Shown one piece after another: positions 46,094-55,657 of a stretch of DNA of 64,000 bases. The DNA is taken from IMG/VR virus record IMGVR_UViG_3300027747_002221, positions 158,056 to 222,055 of that record. One strand, written 5' to 3'. The notes under the pieces are model-generated. The model had not been told where the DNA came from and ran no database searches. It saw nothing but the letters and a program-made list of their open reading frames with translations. The position numbers were made by a program, and so were the translations under genes. Each line of letters begins with the position of its first letter. The first letter of the stretch is position 1.

Positions 46094-49000
46094 TTATCCT
46101 TCGATTGCTAATATATATGGTGTCATAACTGAGAACAATGCCTTGTTGAATGTTCTACCAGAAATGGTACCGTCAACTCTATTAAATACTAGTTCTGTAC
46201 CAATTCTAAAGTCTCCTTGTTGATCGGTACTTGTGAAATAAACTCTTCCACCTTTTTCCTCAGTTACTTCATTGTCCTGTATTGGGAAACCGCCGTTATA
46301 TGGTAACGCTGTTTGAATACTTGTACCTGAACCGATATACTCAAATGTATATCCAAGAGCAGAGATGTAACTTGGTTGATGTAAAGTTAATGTGGAATTT
46401 GCCAATATTGTAGTATCCGTCACGCCCTCTAATAATGTAACATACGATACATTACCAACCATCGGAGTACTGTTTGCCACTGTATAGAATGCTACAGAAC
46501 CATTACTAATATTTGCCCATTCTTTACTAATGTAACCTAATACTTCAGCAGTAATATAATCTTTATTTGCAAGAACAATCTTTGCTGCATTATAGGAATT
46601 AGCTGCAACTGATACATTACCATTGATAGGTCTCTTTGGAGGTGCTACAGAAGGACCTTGGGAAACAATATTTGTAATAAGGTTTATGTTATTTATTATT
46701 AAGTTTGCCTCAGTATACGTTGCTGCAGATGCTGCTGTAGTATTTTGTCTGGCTAATATTTGATAAGGTGGATCAAATAAAACATCGTTAATATATGCAA
46801 TAGTCTCAGCCTTAATAAATTCTTTATTAGCAAGAATAATCTTTGTTGCATTAACTACATTAGCATTTGTGCTTGCATTTGCACCTATAGGTAATTTGGC
46901 TTTCGCAACGCTTGGACCATTAGTAATAATACTAGTAATTAAACTAATATCTGTTAAAATTGTTGCGGTTTCTGTAGATGTTGCTGCGGTTGCTGCAGTT
47001 GTATTTTGAGTAACATATGTTTGTCTAGTTGTTACTGGTAAATTTTGTATAATATTACCTATAATACTACCAATATAATCATACGCTTGACCTGTCTTAA
47101 CAATTTGATTGTTAATCTGAGTAGTGTTTGCATTATAGTTATAATAGTATGTTCCTGATTGAACCGATTGCTTATTGCCACCATGCTTCAAATCAAATAT
47201 AATACTATCTAAGAGATAACCAACATCGCGAGAACAAGTAGTCTGTGCATTTGCGGCATCCACAAAATTATTTGCGTTAGCAAAGAATCCGGGGTATGTT
47301 TGATTTACATAAGCAATAACTTCTGCCTGGATAAATGACTTATTATTAGTAATCAAATTAGCAGCGCGCGATACATTAACATTTGTATTTGATGGATATT
47401 GATTTGAAACAATTCTATCTGTTACACCGACTGTTCCATTAGCAATAATATCTTTAATTAATTCAAAATTTGTATCTACAACAGTTGTTTCTGCTTCTGT
47501 ACCTGCCAAACCTGTTAAACTTTGTGTTACGTTTGCTTGTTTAACTGAAGTAATTAAATTCTTCAAAACAACATTGGATGCTAATTGCTTAGCATAAGTA
47601 ATTGCTGCTAATGTTTCAGTATTTTGATTTTTAATTGCGGATTCGGTTTGTGACCAATATTGTAAACCTGCAAAATTAGCTTGGGTATTACCAGAATAAG
47701 CTAAGTCAAATGCCAATGCATCTACAATTAATCCAGTATCTCTTTCACATTTTTCTTGATTATATGCTGCAACCTTTTTATTTGTTACAATCTTACTTAT
47801 AATAGAACCAATGTAATTATATGCTGCACCTGTTTGTACAACTTGATTATTAATTTGCGTTGTATCTACACTATAATTATAGTAGTATGTTCCAGACATA
47901 ATTGCTTGACGATTGCCGCCATGCAATAAATCAAATGTAACGCTATCAATCATATAGCCTACATCGCGAGAACAAGTAATTTCAGAATTTGCTACGTCAA
48001 CAAAATTGTTGGCATTGCTAAAGAATCCAGGATAAGTTTGTCTTATATATGCAACAGTTTCTGCAGCAATAAAACTCTTATTGGATAATAATAGATTTGC
48101 TGTTCTATTTAAAGATACATTGGATGTAACATCTAATCCGTTAGGTATAATTCTATCTGTTACACCAACTGTTCCGCCAGTAATAATATTAGCAATTAAA
48201 TCAAATTCTGCATTTATATTTGCAGAAGAATTACCGCCAGGACCTCTTACTTGGAAAACGTTTGCTTGATAAGATTGTGTCGGAGTCACATTAGCAGTAA
48301 CATTTGCAGCTAAACTTTTTACAAATGAAATCGCTGCAACAGTTTGTGACTGTTCATTTGCAATAGCAGATGTAGATTGTCCCCAATATTGTAGACCAGC
48401 AAATGCAGATTGCGTGTTACTACCATATGCAAGATCTATTGCCAAGGAATCTAAAATTAACCCAGTATCTCTTGCACATTTATCTCTATTATAATTTGCG
48501 AATAGAACAGCATCACCATAATTTGGTCTTGCAGTTAAATTAGCAAAAATATATTGTGTTCCTGTATCTGTTTCAGTAGTACCTGTAAACACACCATATG
48601 TTAATGGAGTACTAACACCTCTTGCAACTAAACCTAATCTACCAAATGATGCGTTAGAATTTGTTATAGAACAGAAGCCACCATTCTCAGCAAGAATAGC
48701 AATATCACAACAAATTGTAAATACTGAAACTAATTGAGTGTAACCTCTGTTAAGCATATGTATACCAATACCACCCTCGTTGGTTTGTGTATACGAGTCA
48801 ACAACAACTGACCTTAATCCGCTTACATAGTCGCCGTTTACTCTTAAACCAGTACCTGTTGTAGTAATGGATGAAGAATTTTGAATATATGGGCTGGTTG
48901 TAATAAATCCTGCAGAACCATCTGGATTGTATGAAAATACTGCTGAAGGAGACTGATGATCTCTAAACGTAAATCCTGTTACATAACAAGCATTATTAAC

Positions 49001-51001
49001 ATAGAACATATCCTGAGTAACATTCGCAGGGCGAATTGTCGTTGTTCTTAAATTATCTCCAACCAAACCAACACGCTTTTTAATTGTTACTGGTTGTTGG
49101 TATAATGTATATTCGCCAGATTTAACAAATACGGTTGTCCAAGAATTTGCTCTGTTTAAAGCAGTGTGAATATTAGCCAATGCATTTGCTACAGAATTAC
49201 CAGAATTATTATCGTTACCACTCTTTGAAACATATAATACGTTACTTACAGGTGCTTCTATTTGTGATCTTAATAATGCTAAACTTTGATTTAATGGATT
49301 AAGCGTAATTGCTTGATCACCATTAACAAAAATATTACCTGTAGTATTTACTTCACCTGTTATATCTACTGGTTTGTTTATTACAAATTTATTGCCGGTA
49401 CTTGCATAAGTAATATTAGCATTTGCGCCTGCAATAGATATACCTGCACCATCAGCTGCGGCAGCATTTATTGCACCGTTTGCTAATAATAGATTCTTAT
49501 CTTCAATGTTTACTGTTGATGCATTTAATGTAACAGTATTTCCCTGAACTACTAAATCACCTGCAACAGTTAAGTTATTTACAGAAACATCGCTAGTAGC
49601 AAGATTGGCTAATACTCTTGCATTTGTATAATATAAATTAGTGCCTTCAACTACATTGGCAGTTGTCAAGTATGGAGTTACTGCGGATATAACACGAGCA
49701 TTTGTATAATATAATTTTGTGCCCTCTACTAAATTAGCAGTGGTGAAATTACTAATCGATAATACTGTATTTGCTATGTTTGCTGTATATGCAACATTGG
49801 CAATACTTGCTGTCTCGGCTGTTACAACTGTCGGAATAAACGCACTTCCATTCCATACTAAAGCATAACCATTCTGCACTCCAGTAATATCAACGTCTGT
49901 AAATACGTTAACACTCATTTGTGCTACATTAGCAAATACTCTAGCATTCGTAAAGTATAAATTACTACCCTCTGCTAAATTCGCAGTGGTAAAATTACTA
50001 ATCGATAATACAGAATTAGCTACATTTGAATTATCCGCAGTATTGGCATGGTCTGCTTGGAATGCAACTAACGCAGTATTAGATGTGGCAGCACCACCTA
50101 CTGTGCCTGCAACAAATGCAGTTCCATTCCAGGACAATATACCGTTCGTTTGAATACCCGTAATATCAACGTCTGATAATACGTTGATACTCATTTGAGA
50201 TACGTTAGCTAATACTCTAGCGTTTGTAAAGTATAAATTGGATGCCGTTTCTATTACATTAGCAGTATATAATCCATTCCAAATATTAGCAGTAATTTTT
50301 GTTACTGTTATATTGGCACCTTGCGCAGAACTGAATACTTCTACACCATTGATAACTAAAGAATTAGAAACTATTGAGTTTGCTGTTATGTTGCCTGTTG
50401 CTAAAATAGAAGTTAAGTTAGCATTTGAATCAGAAAGCAAAACATCTTTCCAGGCAGAACCATAAACTTGTACGGTGGCAGTATTAGAATTATATACTAA
50501 ATCTCCTGTAGAAGGAGTAAAAGTATCTCTTACTGTTTTAGTAACAGGATTTAATCTTAATGCCGAAGATTGGACAACAACTGCGCCACCGTTGATGCCG
50601 TTGGCAGCAAGGTTAATATTTGTGGCAGAAGATAATGTAGGTACACCTGTACCTGTGCTGATGAATGAATTTGCTGTAACAGTATTTGCCGTTAAGCCAT
50701 CCGTTAGGTTTAGATTACCCTGAACAGTAGAATTGGTTAGAGCAGTTAATACTCTTGCATTTGTGAAATAAAGATTAATGCCTTCAATTACGTTTGACGT
50801 GTATAAGTTATTCCAAATATTAGCAGTAATTTTTGTTACTGTTATATTAGCGCCCTGGCCAGAACTAAATATTTCTACGCCATTAACAACTAACGCATTT
50901 GTACTTATTGTTCCGTTGGCATTGACATTTCCGCCGACGTTGATAAAAGCATCAACGAACGCGTTGCCATAAATCCTTGTCCCACTTAGTAATTTTGCCA
51001 T
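46094..51001 (-). CDS. Large fibre / virion structural protein with a beta-helix-like domain (1635 aa)
   Basis: YVSKSGNDNNSG, VGDNLRTTTIRP, SPYIQN, DSYTQ.NEGG; duplicated KC.RDTGLI.D / TCSRDVG modules; about 5 TNARV repeats. Confidence 0.8.
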   Translation of the reverse strand: MAKLLSGTRIYGNAFVDAFINVGGNVNANGTISTNALVVNGVEIFSSGQGANITVTKITANIWNNLYTSNVIEGINLYFTNARVLTALTNSTVQGNLNLTDGLTANTVTANSFISTGTGVPTLSSATNINLAANGINGGAVVVQSSALRLNPVTKTVRDTFTPSTGDLVYNSNTATVQVYGSAWKDVLLSDSNANLTSILATGNITANSIVSNSLVINGVEVFSSAQGANITVTKITANIWNGLYTANVIETASNLYFTNARVLANVSQMSINVLSDVDITGIQTNGILSWNGTAFVAGTVGGAATSNTALVAFQADHANTADNSNVANSVLSISNFTTANLAEGSNLYFTNARVFANVAQMSVNVFTDVDITGVQNGYALVWNGSAFIPTVVTAETASIANVAYTANIANTVLSISNFTTANLVEGTKLYYTNARVISAVTPYLTTANVVEGTNLYYTNARVLANLATSDVSVNNLTVAGDLVVQGNTVTLNASTVNIEDKNLLLANGAINAAAADGAGISIAGANANITYASTGNKFVINKPVDITGEVNTTGNIFVNGDQAITLNPLNQSLALLRSQIEAPVSNVLYVSKSGNDNNSGNSVANALANIHTALNRANSWTTVFVKSGEYTLYQQPVTIKKRVGLVGDNLRTTTIRPANVTQDMFYVNNACYVTGFTFRDHQSPSAVFSYNPDGSAGFITTSPYIQNSSSITTTGTGLRVNGDYVSGLRSVVVDSYTQTNEGGIGIHMLNRGYTQLVSVFTICCDIAILAENGGFCSITNSNASFGRLGLVARGVSTPLTYGVFTGTTETDTGTQYIFANLTARPNYGDAVLFANYNRDKCARDTGLILDSLAIDLAYGSNTQSAFAGLQYWGQSTSAIANEQSQTVAAISFVKSLAANVTANVTPTQSYQANVFQVRGPGGNSSANINAEFDLIANIITGGTVGVTDRIIPNGLDVTSNVSLNRTANLLLSNKSFIAAETVAYIRQTYPGFFSNANNFVDVANSEITCSRDVGYMIDSVTFDLLHGGNRQAIMSGTYYYNYSVDTTQINNQVVQTGAAYNYIGSIISKIVTNKKVAAYNQEKCERDTGLIVDALAFDLAYSGNTQANFAGLQYWSQTESAIKNQNTETLAAITYAKQLASNVVLKNLITSVKQANVTQSLTGLAGTEAETTVVDTNFELIKDIIANGTVGVTDRIVSNQYPSNTNVNVSRAANLITNNKSFIQAEVIAYVNQTYPGFFANANNFVDAANAQTTCSRDVGYLLDSIIFDLKHGGNKQSVQSGTYYYNYNANTTQINNQIVKTGQAYDYIGSIIGNIIQNLPVTTRQTYVTQNTTAATAATSTETATILTDISLITSIITNGPSVAKAKLPIGANASTNANVVNATKIILANKEFIKAETIAYINDVLFDPPYQILARQNTTAASAATYTEANLIINNINLITNIVSQGPSVAPPKRPINGNVSVAANSYNAAKIVLANKDYITAEVLGYISKEWANISNGSVAFYTVANSTPMVGNVSYVTLLEGVTDTTILANSTLTLHQPSYISALGYTFEYIGSGTSIQTALPYNGGFPIQDNEVTEEKGGRVYFTSTDQQGDFRIGTELVFNRVDGTISGRTFNKALFSVMTPYILAIEG

Positions 51002-51026
51002 TTCTTATCTTTTTATTAATACTTAA

Positions 51027-51034
51027 TATTTATA
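51027..51034 (-). promoter_or_regulatory. T4-type late promoter
   Basis: TATAAATA 26 nt upstream of ATG 51001. Confidence 0.75.
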
Positions 51035-51038
51035 TTGC

Positions 51039-51257
51039 CTAAAACCCGGTATATTCGTCAAAATATCCTGCTACTTGGTATTTGCCATCTATATATTCTC
51101 TTTTAGCCAAACCATTTTGTATTGGATTAAGTGATACTTCATCAAATTCTGCAGCAAATAATGTGCTTCCGGTTTCACTTATTTTTGTTTGTGAGACTTC
51201 ATCGAGTCCATTCACATATAAAATACCTTGATTAGTTAATCTTGTTCCTGCTGTCAT
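51039..51257 (-). CDS. Small virion-associated hypothetical protein
   Basis: 72 aa, RLTNQGILYVNGLDEV...FDEVS...GYFDEYT. Confidence 0.65.
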   Translation of the reverse strand: MTAGTRLTNQGILYVNGLDEVSQTKISETGSTLFAAEFDEVSLNPIQNGLAKREYIDGKYQVAGYFDEYTGF

Positions 51258-54200
51258 AAGAATATAGTATCCAAACTAAGATTTGCTTCGTTATAGTATT
51301 GATATACTTTTACTACACCCGTAGTATTTGAATAATTTAATGCAGTTGATACTTTCAAATTACCAACAGTAATATTACCCGTTAATGCTGATAATACTCT
51401 TGCATTAGTATAATATAAATTATTACCTTCAACTAGATTGGCGGTTGTAAAATTACTTATACTTAAAACAGTATTTGCAATATTTGCATTATCTACTGCG
51501 CTTAACGGAGCACTTGCAACAAATGAAGATCCATTCCATACTAGGGAATATCCTGTTAACACCCCAGTAATATCTACATCAGCAAATACATTAACACTCA
51601 TTTGCGACACATTTGCAAATACTCTTGCATTAGTGAAATACTGATTCGTTAATTCTGTTACGTTAGCTGTTGTTAAATCTACAATGTTGGCTTTAGGTGA
51701 TAATAATCCAATTACATTTGCAAATACTCTTGCATTAGTGAAATACTGATTCGTTAATTCTGTTACGTTAGCTGTTGTTAAATCTACAATGTTGGCTTTA
51801 GGTGATAATAATCCAATTACATTTGCATATACTCTTGCATTCGTGAAATACTGATTCGTTAATTCTGTTACATTGGCCGTAGTTAAATAAGGGGTCAATG
51901 CAGATATTACGCGAGCATTGGTATAGTAAAGATTGTTTAATTCTGTTACGTTAGCTGTTGTTAAATCTACAATGTTGGCTTTAGGTGATAATAATCCAAT
52001 TACATTTGCATATACTCTTGCATTAGTAAAGTATTGGTTATTAACTTCTGTTACGTTTGCTGTTGTTAGATATGGTGTTATTGCAGATATAACACGAGCA
52101 TTAGTAAAATACTGATTCGTCAATTCTATTACATTAGCAGTCGTTAAATCAAATATATTAGCTTTTGAACCAATTAATCCAATTACGTTTGCGTATACTC
52201 TGGCATTAGTATAATAAAGATTTGAACCTTCAGCAACATTGGATGTTGTTAATAAGGGTGTAACTATTGATAATACTCTTGCATTCGTATAATATAAATT
52301 AGTAACTTCGGATACGTTAGCAGTATATAATCCATTCCAAGTATTAGAAGTAACAATATTGAATGCTGCAGATGGACCTGTAACTAATGTTGAGAATAGT
52401 AAACTATTTCTAGCATTAATATTACCTGCTACATCAAATTCTGCAATCGGTCTTGCAACATTAACACCGACGCCCCCTCCTGTAGTCTTTAAGTTAATAC
52501 TATCGCCAGCATTATTTGCAACACTAATTTCTAATATGGTATCATCATTAACCCCTATATTAGCAGCATAGTATTGTATCTTTGCTGTATCTCCAGTACC
52601 GCCTGCAGGATTATTTTTAAATTCAATACCTGTAGTAGTCTCCGCACCAGATCCAGAACTAATTGTCAATAAACCATTTGTTGTTAAATTATATAATGTT
52701 AAATTAGCAGTACCATCTGATAATGTAGAGATTACTCTTGCATTTGTAAAATATAGATTTGTTAATTCTACAACATTTGCTGTGGTTAATTTATTTGTGA
52801 GTGAGCTTGGTCTGAAAACGCGATCACTAGAATTCCATAGTAATAATTCATCGTTGTTTATACCAGATATATCTACATCTGCAAGTACATTAATACTTTG
52901 TAGTTGTAAATTAGCAACTACTCTTGCATTAGTGAAGTATTGATTATTAACTTCTGTTACGTTAGCTGTTGTTAAATATGGAGTTATTGCAACAACAGCT
53001 CTTGTATTAGTAAAGTATTGATTTGTACTTTCTATAACATTTGCTGAATATATACCTGTCCATGTATTAGCGCGAATGTCCCCAAGAATTTCAACATTTT
53101 TATTGATGTTAAATTTATCGCCAGAAACCAAATATGTTATATTTGCCTGAGCACCATCAATACTAATACCTGCGCCGTCAGCTTGTGCTGCGCTTGTTAA
53201 ACCTTTACCCAAGGTTATATTTTTATCTTCAATATTTAGTGTTGCCACATTTAATGTGGTAAACTCGCCTTGTACTGTTAAATTGCCTGCAGCATATAAA
53301 TCATTTACGTTAACATTTAAACCTGTTAAACCTATAGCAGCTCTTGCATTTGTAAAATATAAATTAGTACCTTCTAATAAATTAGAAGTTGTTAATCCTG
53401 TTAAAGATAAAACAGAATTAGCTACATTTGACCTATCTGAAGTATTGGCATGGTCTGCTTGATACGCAATCAACGCAACATTGGATGATGCTGCAGCACT
53501 TACTGTACCTGCAACAAAAGATGTCCCGTTCCAAATTAATATACCGCTAGTTTGTAATCCGGTCATATCAACGTCTGCAAATACGTTGATACTCATTTGC
53601 GCTACATTAGCAAATACTCTAGCATTTGTAAAGTATAAATTAGAACTTAATTCTAATACGTTAGCAGTAGTTAGATAAGGAGTAACTGCAGATATAACGC
53701 GAGCATTAGTATAGTAAAGATTGTTTAATTCTGTTACGTTAGCTGTTGTTAAATCTGTTACATTGGCCTTTGTTGCTAAATTACTTTGAATAGCAGAATA
53801 AACTCTCGCATTAGTATAATATAAATTGGAACTTGATTCTAATACGTTAGCAGTAGTTAGATAAGGAGTAACTGCAGATATAACACGAGCATTAGTATAA
53901 TATAAATTAGTGCCCTCTGCAACATTTGAAGTAGTTAGATAAGGCAAAACTACGGATATTACTCGGGCATTTGTATAATATAAATTAGTGCTCTCTGCAA
54001 CATTTGATGTTGTTAGAAAAGGAGTAACTACAGATATTACGCGAGCATTAGTATAGTAAAGATTGTTTAATTCCGTTACATTTGCTGTTGTTAAATCTGT
54101 TACATTAGCCTTTGTTGCTAAATTGCCTACAATAGCAGAATAAACTCTCGCATTAGTATAGTAAAGGTTTAGGCCTTCTGTTAAATTAGCAGTTGTAAAA

Positions 54201-55657
54201 TTACTAATACTTAAAACAGTATTTGCTATATTAGACGTCGATGCAAATCTAGAAGTGTCTGATGCCGTAGCATTAATTTGGCCGTTGGCTTGAATCTGTA
54301 TACCTGATCCAGCTAAGCTAGGTAATAATGCAATTACATTTGAGTAAACTCTAGCATTTGTATAGTAAAGATTTGAACCTTCAGAAACATTTGATGTTGT
54401 TAGATACGGAGTAACTGTAGATATCACGCGAGCATTAGTGTAATATAAATTAGTGCTCTCTGCAACATTTGATGTTGTTAGATAAGGGGTAACTATTGCT
54501 AATACTCTAGAATTAGTATAATATAAATTAATGTTTTCTGCTAAATTAGCAGTTGTAAAATTACTAATACTTAAAACAGTATTTGCCACATTGGATGTTG
54601 ATGCAAATCCCGATGTTGCGGATGCTGTTGCATTAATTTGACCATTAGCCTGAATCTGTATACCTGATCCAGCTAGAGCGGGCAATAATGCAATTACATT
54701 TGAATATACTCTTGTATTAGTATAGTAAAGATTTGAACCTTCACGTAAATTAGAAGTTGTAAAATTACTAATTGTTAATACTGAATTAGCTACATTTGAA
54801 TTATCAGAAGTATTAGCATGGTCTGCTTGATAGGCAATTAATGCAACATTAGATGTAGCGGCGCCGCCCACGGTACCTGCAACAAAAGATGTTCCATTCC
54901 ATGATAATATACCATTGGTTGTAATACCGGTTATGTCAACATCTGCAAATACATTAATGCTTTGTTGTGATAAATTAGCAGTAACTCTTGCATTTGTAAA
55001 GTATTGATTTGAGCCTTCTGTTAAATTAGCAGTTGTGAAATTACTTAAAGTTAAAACAGTATTTGCTATGTTCGCAGCGTATGCAACATTAGCTGTAGTT
55101 GCTGTAGTTGCATTTGTCTGAGATGTGATACCTATAGCACCTATATATCGGTAACCTGTAATGTATATAACTTTAGCTGCGGTTAGCGCTGCGGGTATTG
55201 TGCCGCCAATAAAGTTTAATACACCAGATTGATAATCAAAGTACCATTCGCCAGCATTACCTGCGCCTGCATCCGATAATGATATACCATTTGTTGGATT
55301 CGCATTTCCTGCAGTTTCTGCATATACTTTTACAAAGTATGTTGAACCAAATTCTGGAGAAATCCAATCCGTCGAATTAGTTTTCCATGTAGGATAAACA
55401 CCACCAACAGGAGTAGTTGTGGTATCTGCAGTACATTCTATACGATTTGTAGTTAAATATGATTGTACTATATTAGTTACATTGGCTGCGATTGCCGGTA
55501 TACTACCTGCATCCACCCAAATTTTGTCGCCTCGAACTAAGGCAGGACTTGCAATGGATTCATTACCAGCACCCTTATTCGTGGATGTATCTGTCTTGGT
55601 TACACCAAAGAGTTTCTTATAAAGTAAGTCTACTTTTGAGGAATCTGATACTGCCAT
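51254..55657 (-). CDS. Giant repetitive fibre-like protein (1467 aa)
   Basis: KVDLLYKKLFGVTKT N-terminal domain, EWYFDYQSGVLNF; about 25 TNARV repeats. Confidence 0.8.
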   Translation of the reverse strand: MAVSDSSKVDLLYKKLFGVTKTDTSTNKGAGNESIASPALVRGDKIWVDAGSIPAIAANVTNIVQSYLTTNRIECTADTTTTPVGGVYPTWKTNSTDWISPEFGSTYFVKVYAETAGNANPTNGISLSDAGAGNAGEWYFDYQSGVLNFIGGTIPAALTAAKVIYITGYRYIGAIGITSQTNATTATTANVAYAANIANTVLTLSNFTTANLTEGSNQYFTNARVTANLSQQSINVFADVDITGITTNGILSWNGTSFVAGTVGGAATSNVALIAYQADHANTSDNSNVANSVLTISNFTTSNLREGSNLYYTNTRVYSNVIALLPALAGSGIQIQANGQINATASATSGFASTSNVANTVLSISNFTTANLAENINLYYTNSRVLAIVTPYLTTSNVAESTNLYYTNARVISTVTPYLTTSNVSEGSNLYYTNARVYSNVIALLPSLAGSGIQIQANGQINATASDTSRFASTSNIANTVLSISNFTTANLTEGLNLYYTNARVYSAIVGNLATKANVTDLTTANVTELNNLYYTNARVISVVTPFLTTSNVAESTNLYYTNARVISVVLPYLTTSNVAEGTNLYYTNARVISAVTPYLTTANVLESSSNLYYTNARVYSAIQSNLATKANVTDLTTANVTELNNLYYTNARVISAVTPYLTTANVLELSSNLYFTNARVFANVAQMSINVFADVDMTGLQTSGILIWNGTSFVAGTVSAAASSNVALIAYQADHANTSDRSNVANSVLSLTGLTTSNLLEGTNLYFTNARAAIGLTGLNVNVNDLYAAGNLTVQGEFTTLNVATLNIEDKNITLGKGLTSAAQADGAGISIDGAQANITYLVSGDKFNINKNVEILGDIRANTWTGIYSANVIESTNQYFTNTRAVVAITPYLTTANVTEVNNQYFTNARVVANLQLQSINVLADVDISGINNDELLLWNSSDRVFRPSSLTNKLTTANVVELTNLYFTNARVISTLSDGTANLTLYNLTTNGLLTISSGSGAETTTGIEFKNNPAGGTGDTAKIQYYAANIGVNDDTILEISVANNAGDSINLKTTGGGVGVNVARPIAEFDVAGNINARNSLLFSTLVTGPSAAFNIVTSNTWNGLYTANVSEVTNLYYTNARVLSIVTPLLTTSNVAEGSNLYYTNARVYANVIGLIGSKANIFDLTTANVIELTNQYFTNARVISAITPYLTTANVTEVNNQYFTNARVYANVIGLLSPKANIVDLTTANVTELNNLYYTNARVISALTPYLTTANVTELTNQYFTNARVYANVIGLLSPKANIVDLTTANVTELTNQYFTNARVFANVIGLLSPKANIVDLTTANVTELTNQYFTNARVFANVSQMSVNVFADVDITGVLTGYSLVWNGSSFVASAPLSAVDNANIANTVLSISNFTTANLVEGNNLYYTNARVLSALTGNITVGNLKVSTALNYSNTTGVVKVYQYYNEANLSLDTIFL
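51611..51820. repeat. 105 bp perfect in-frame tandem duplication
   Basis: Two identical 35-codon units, with further degenerate copies to about 52030. Confidence 0.85.
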
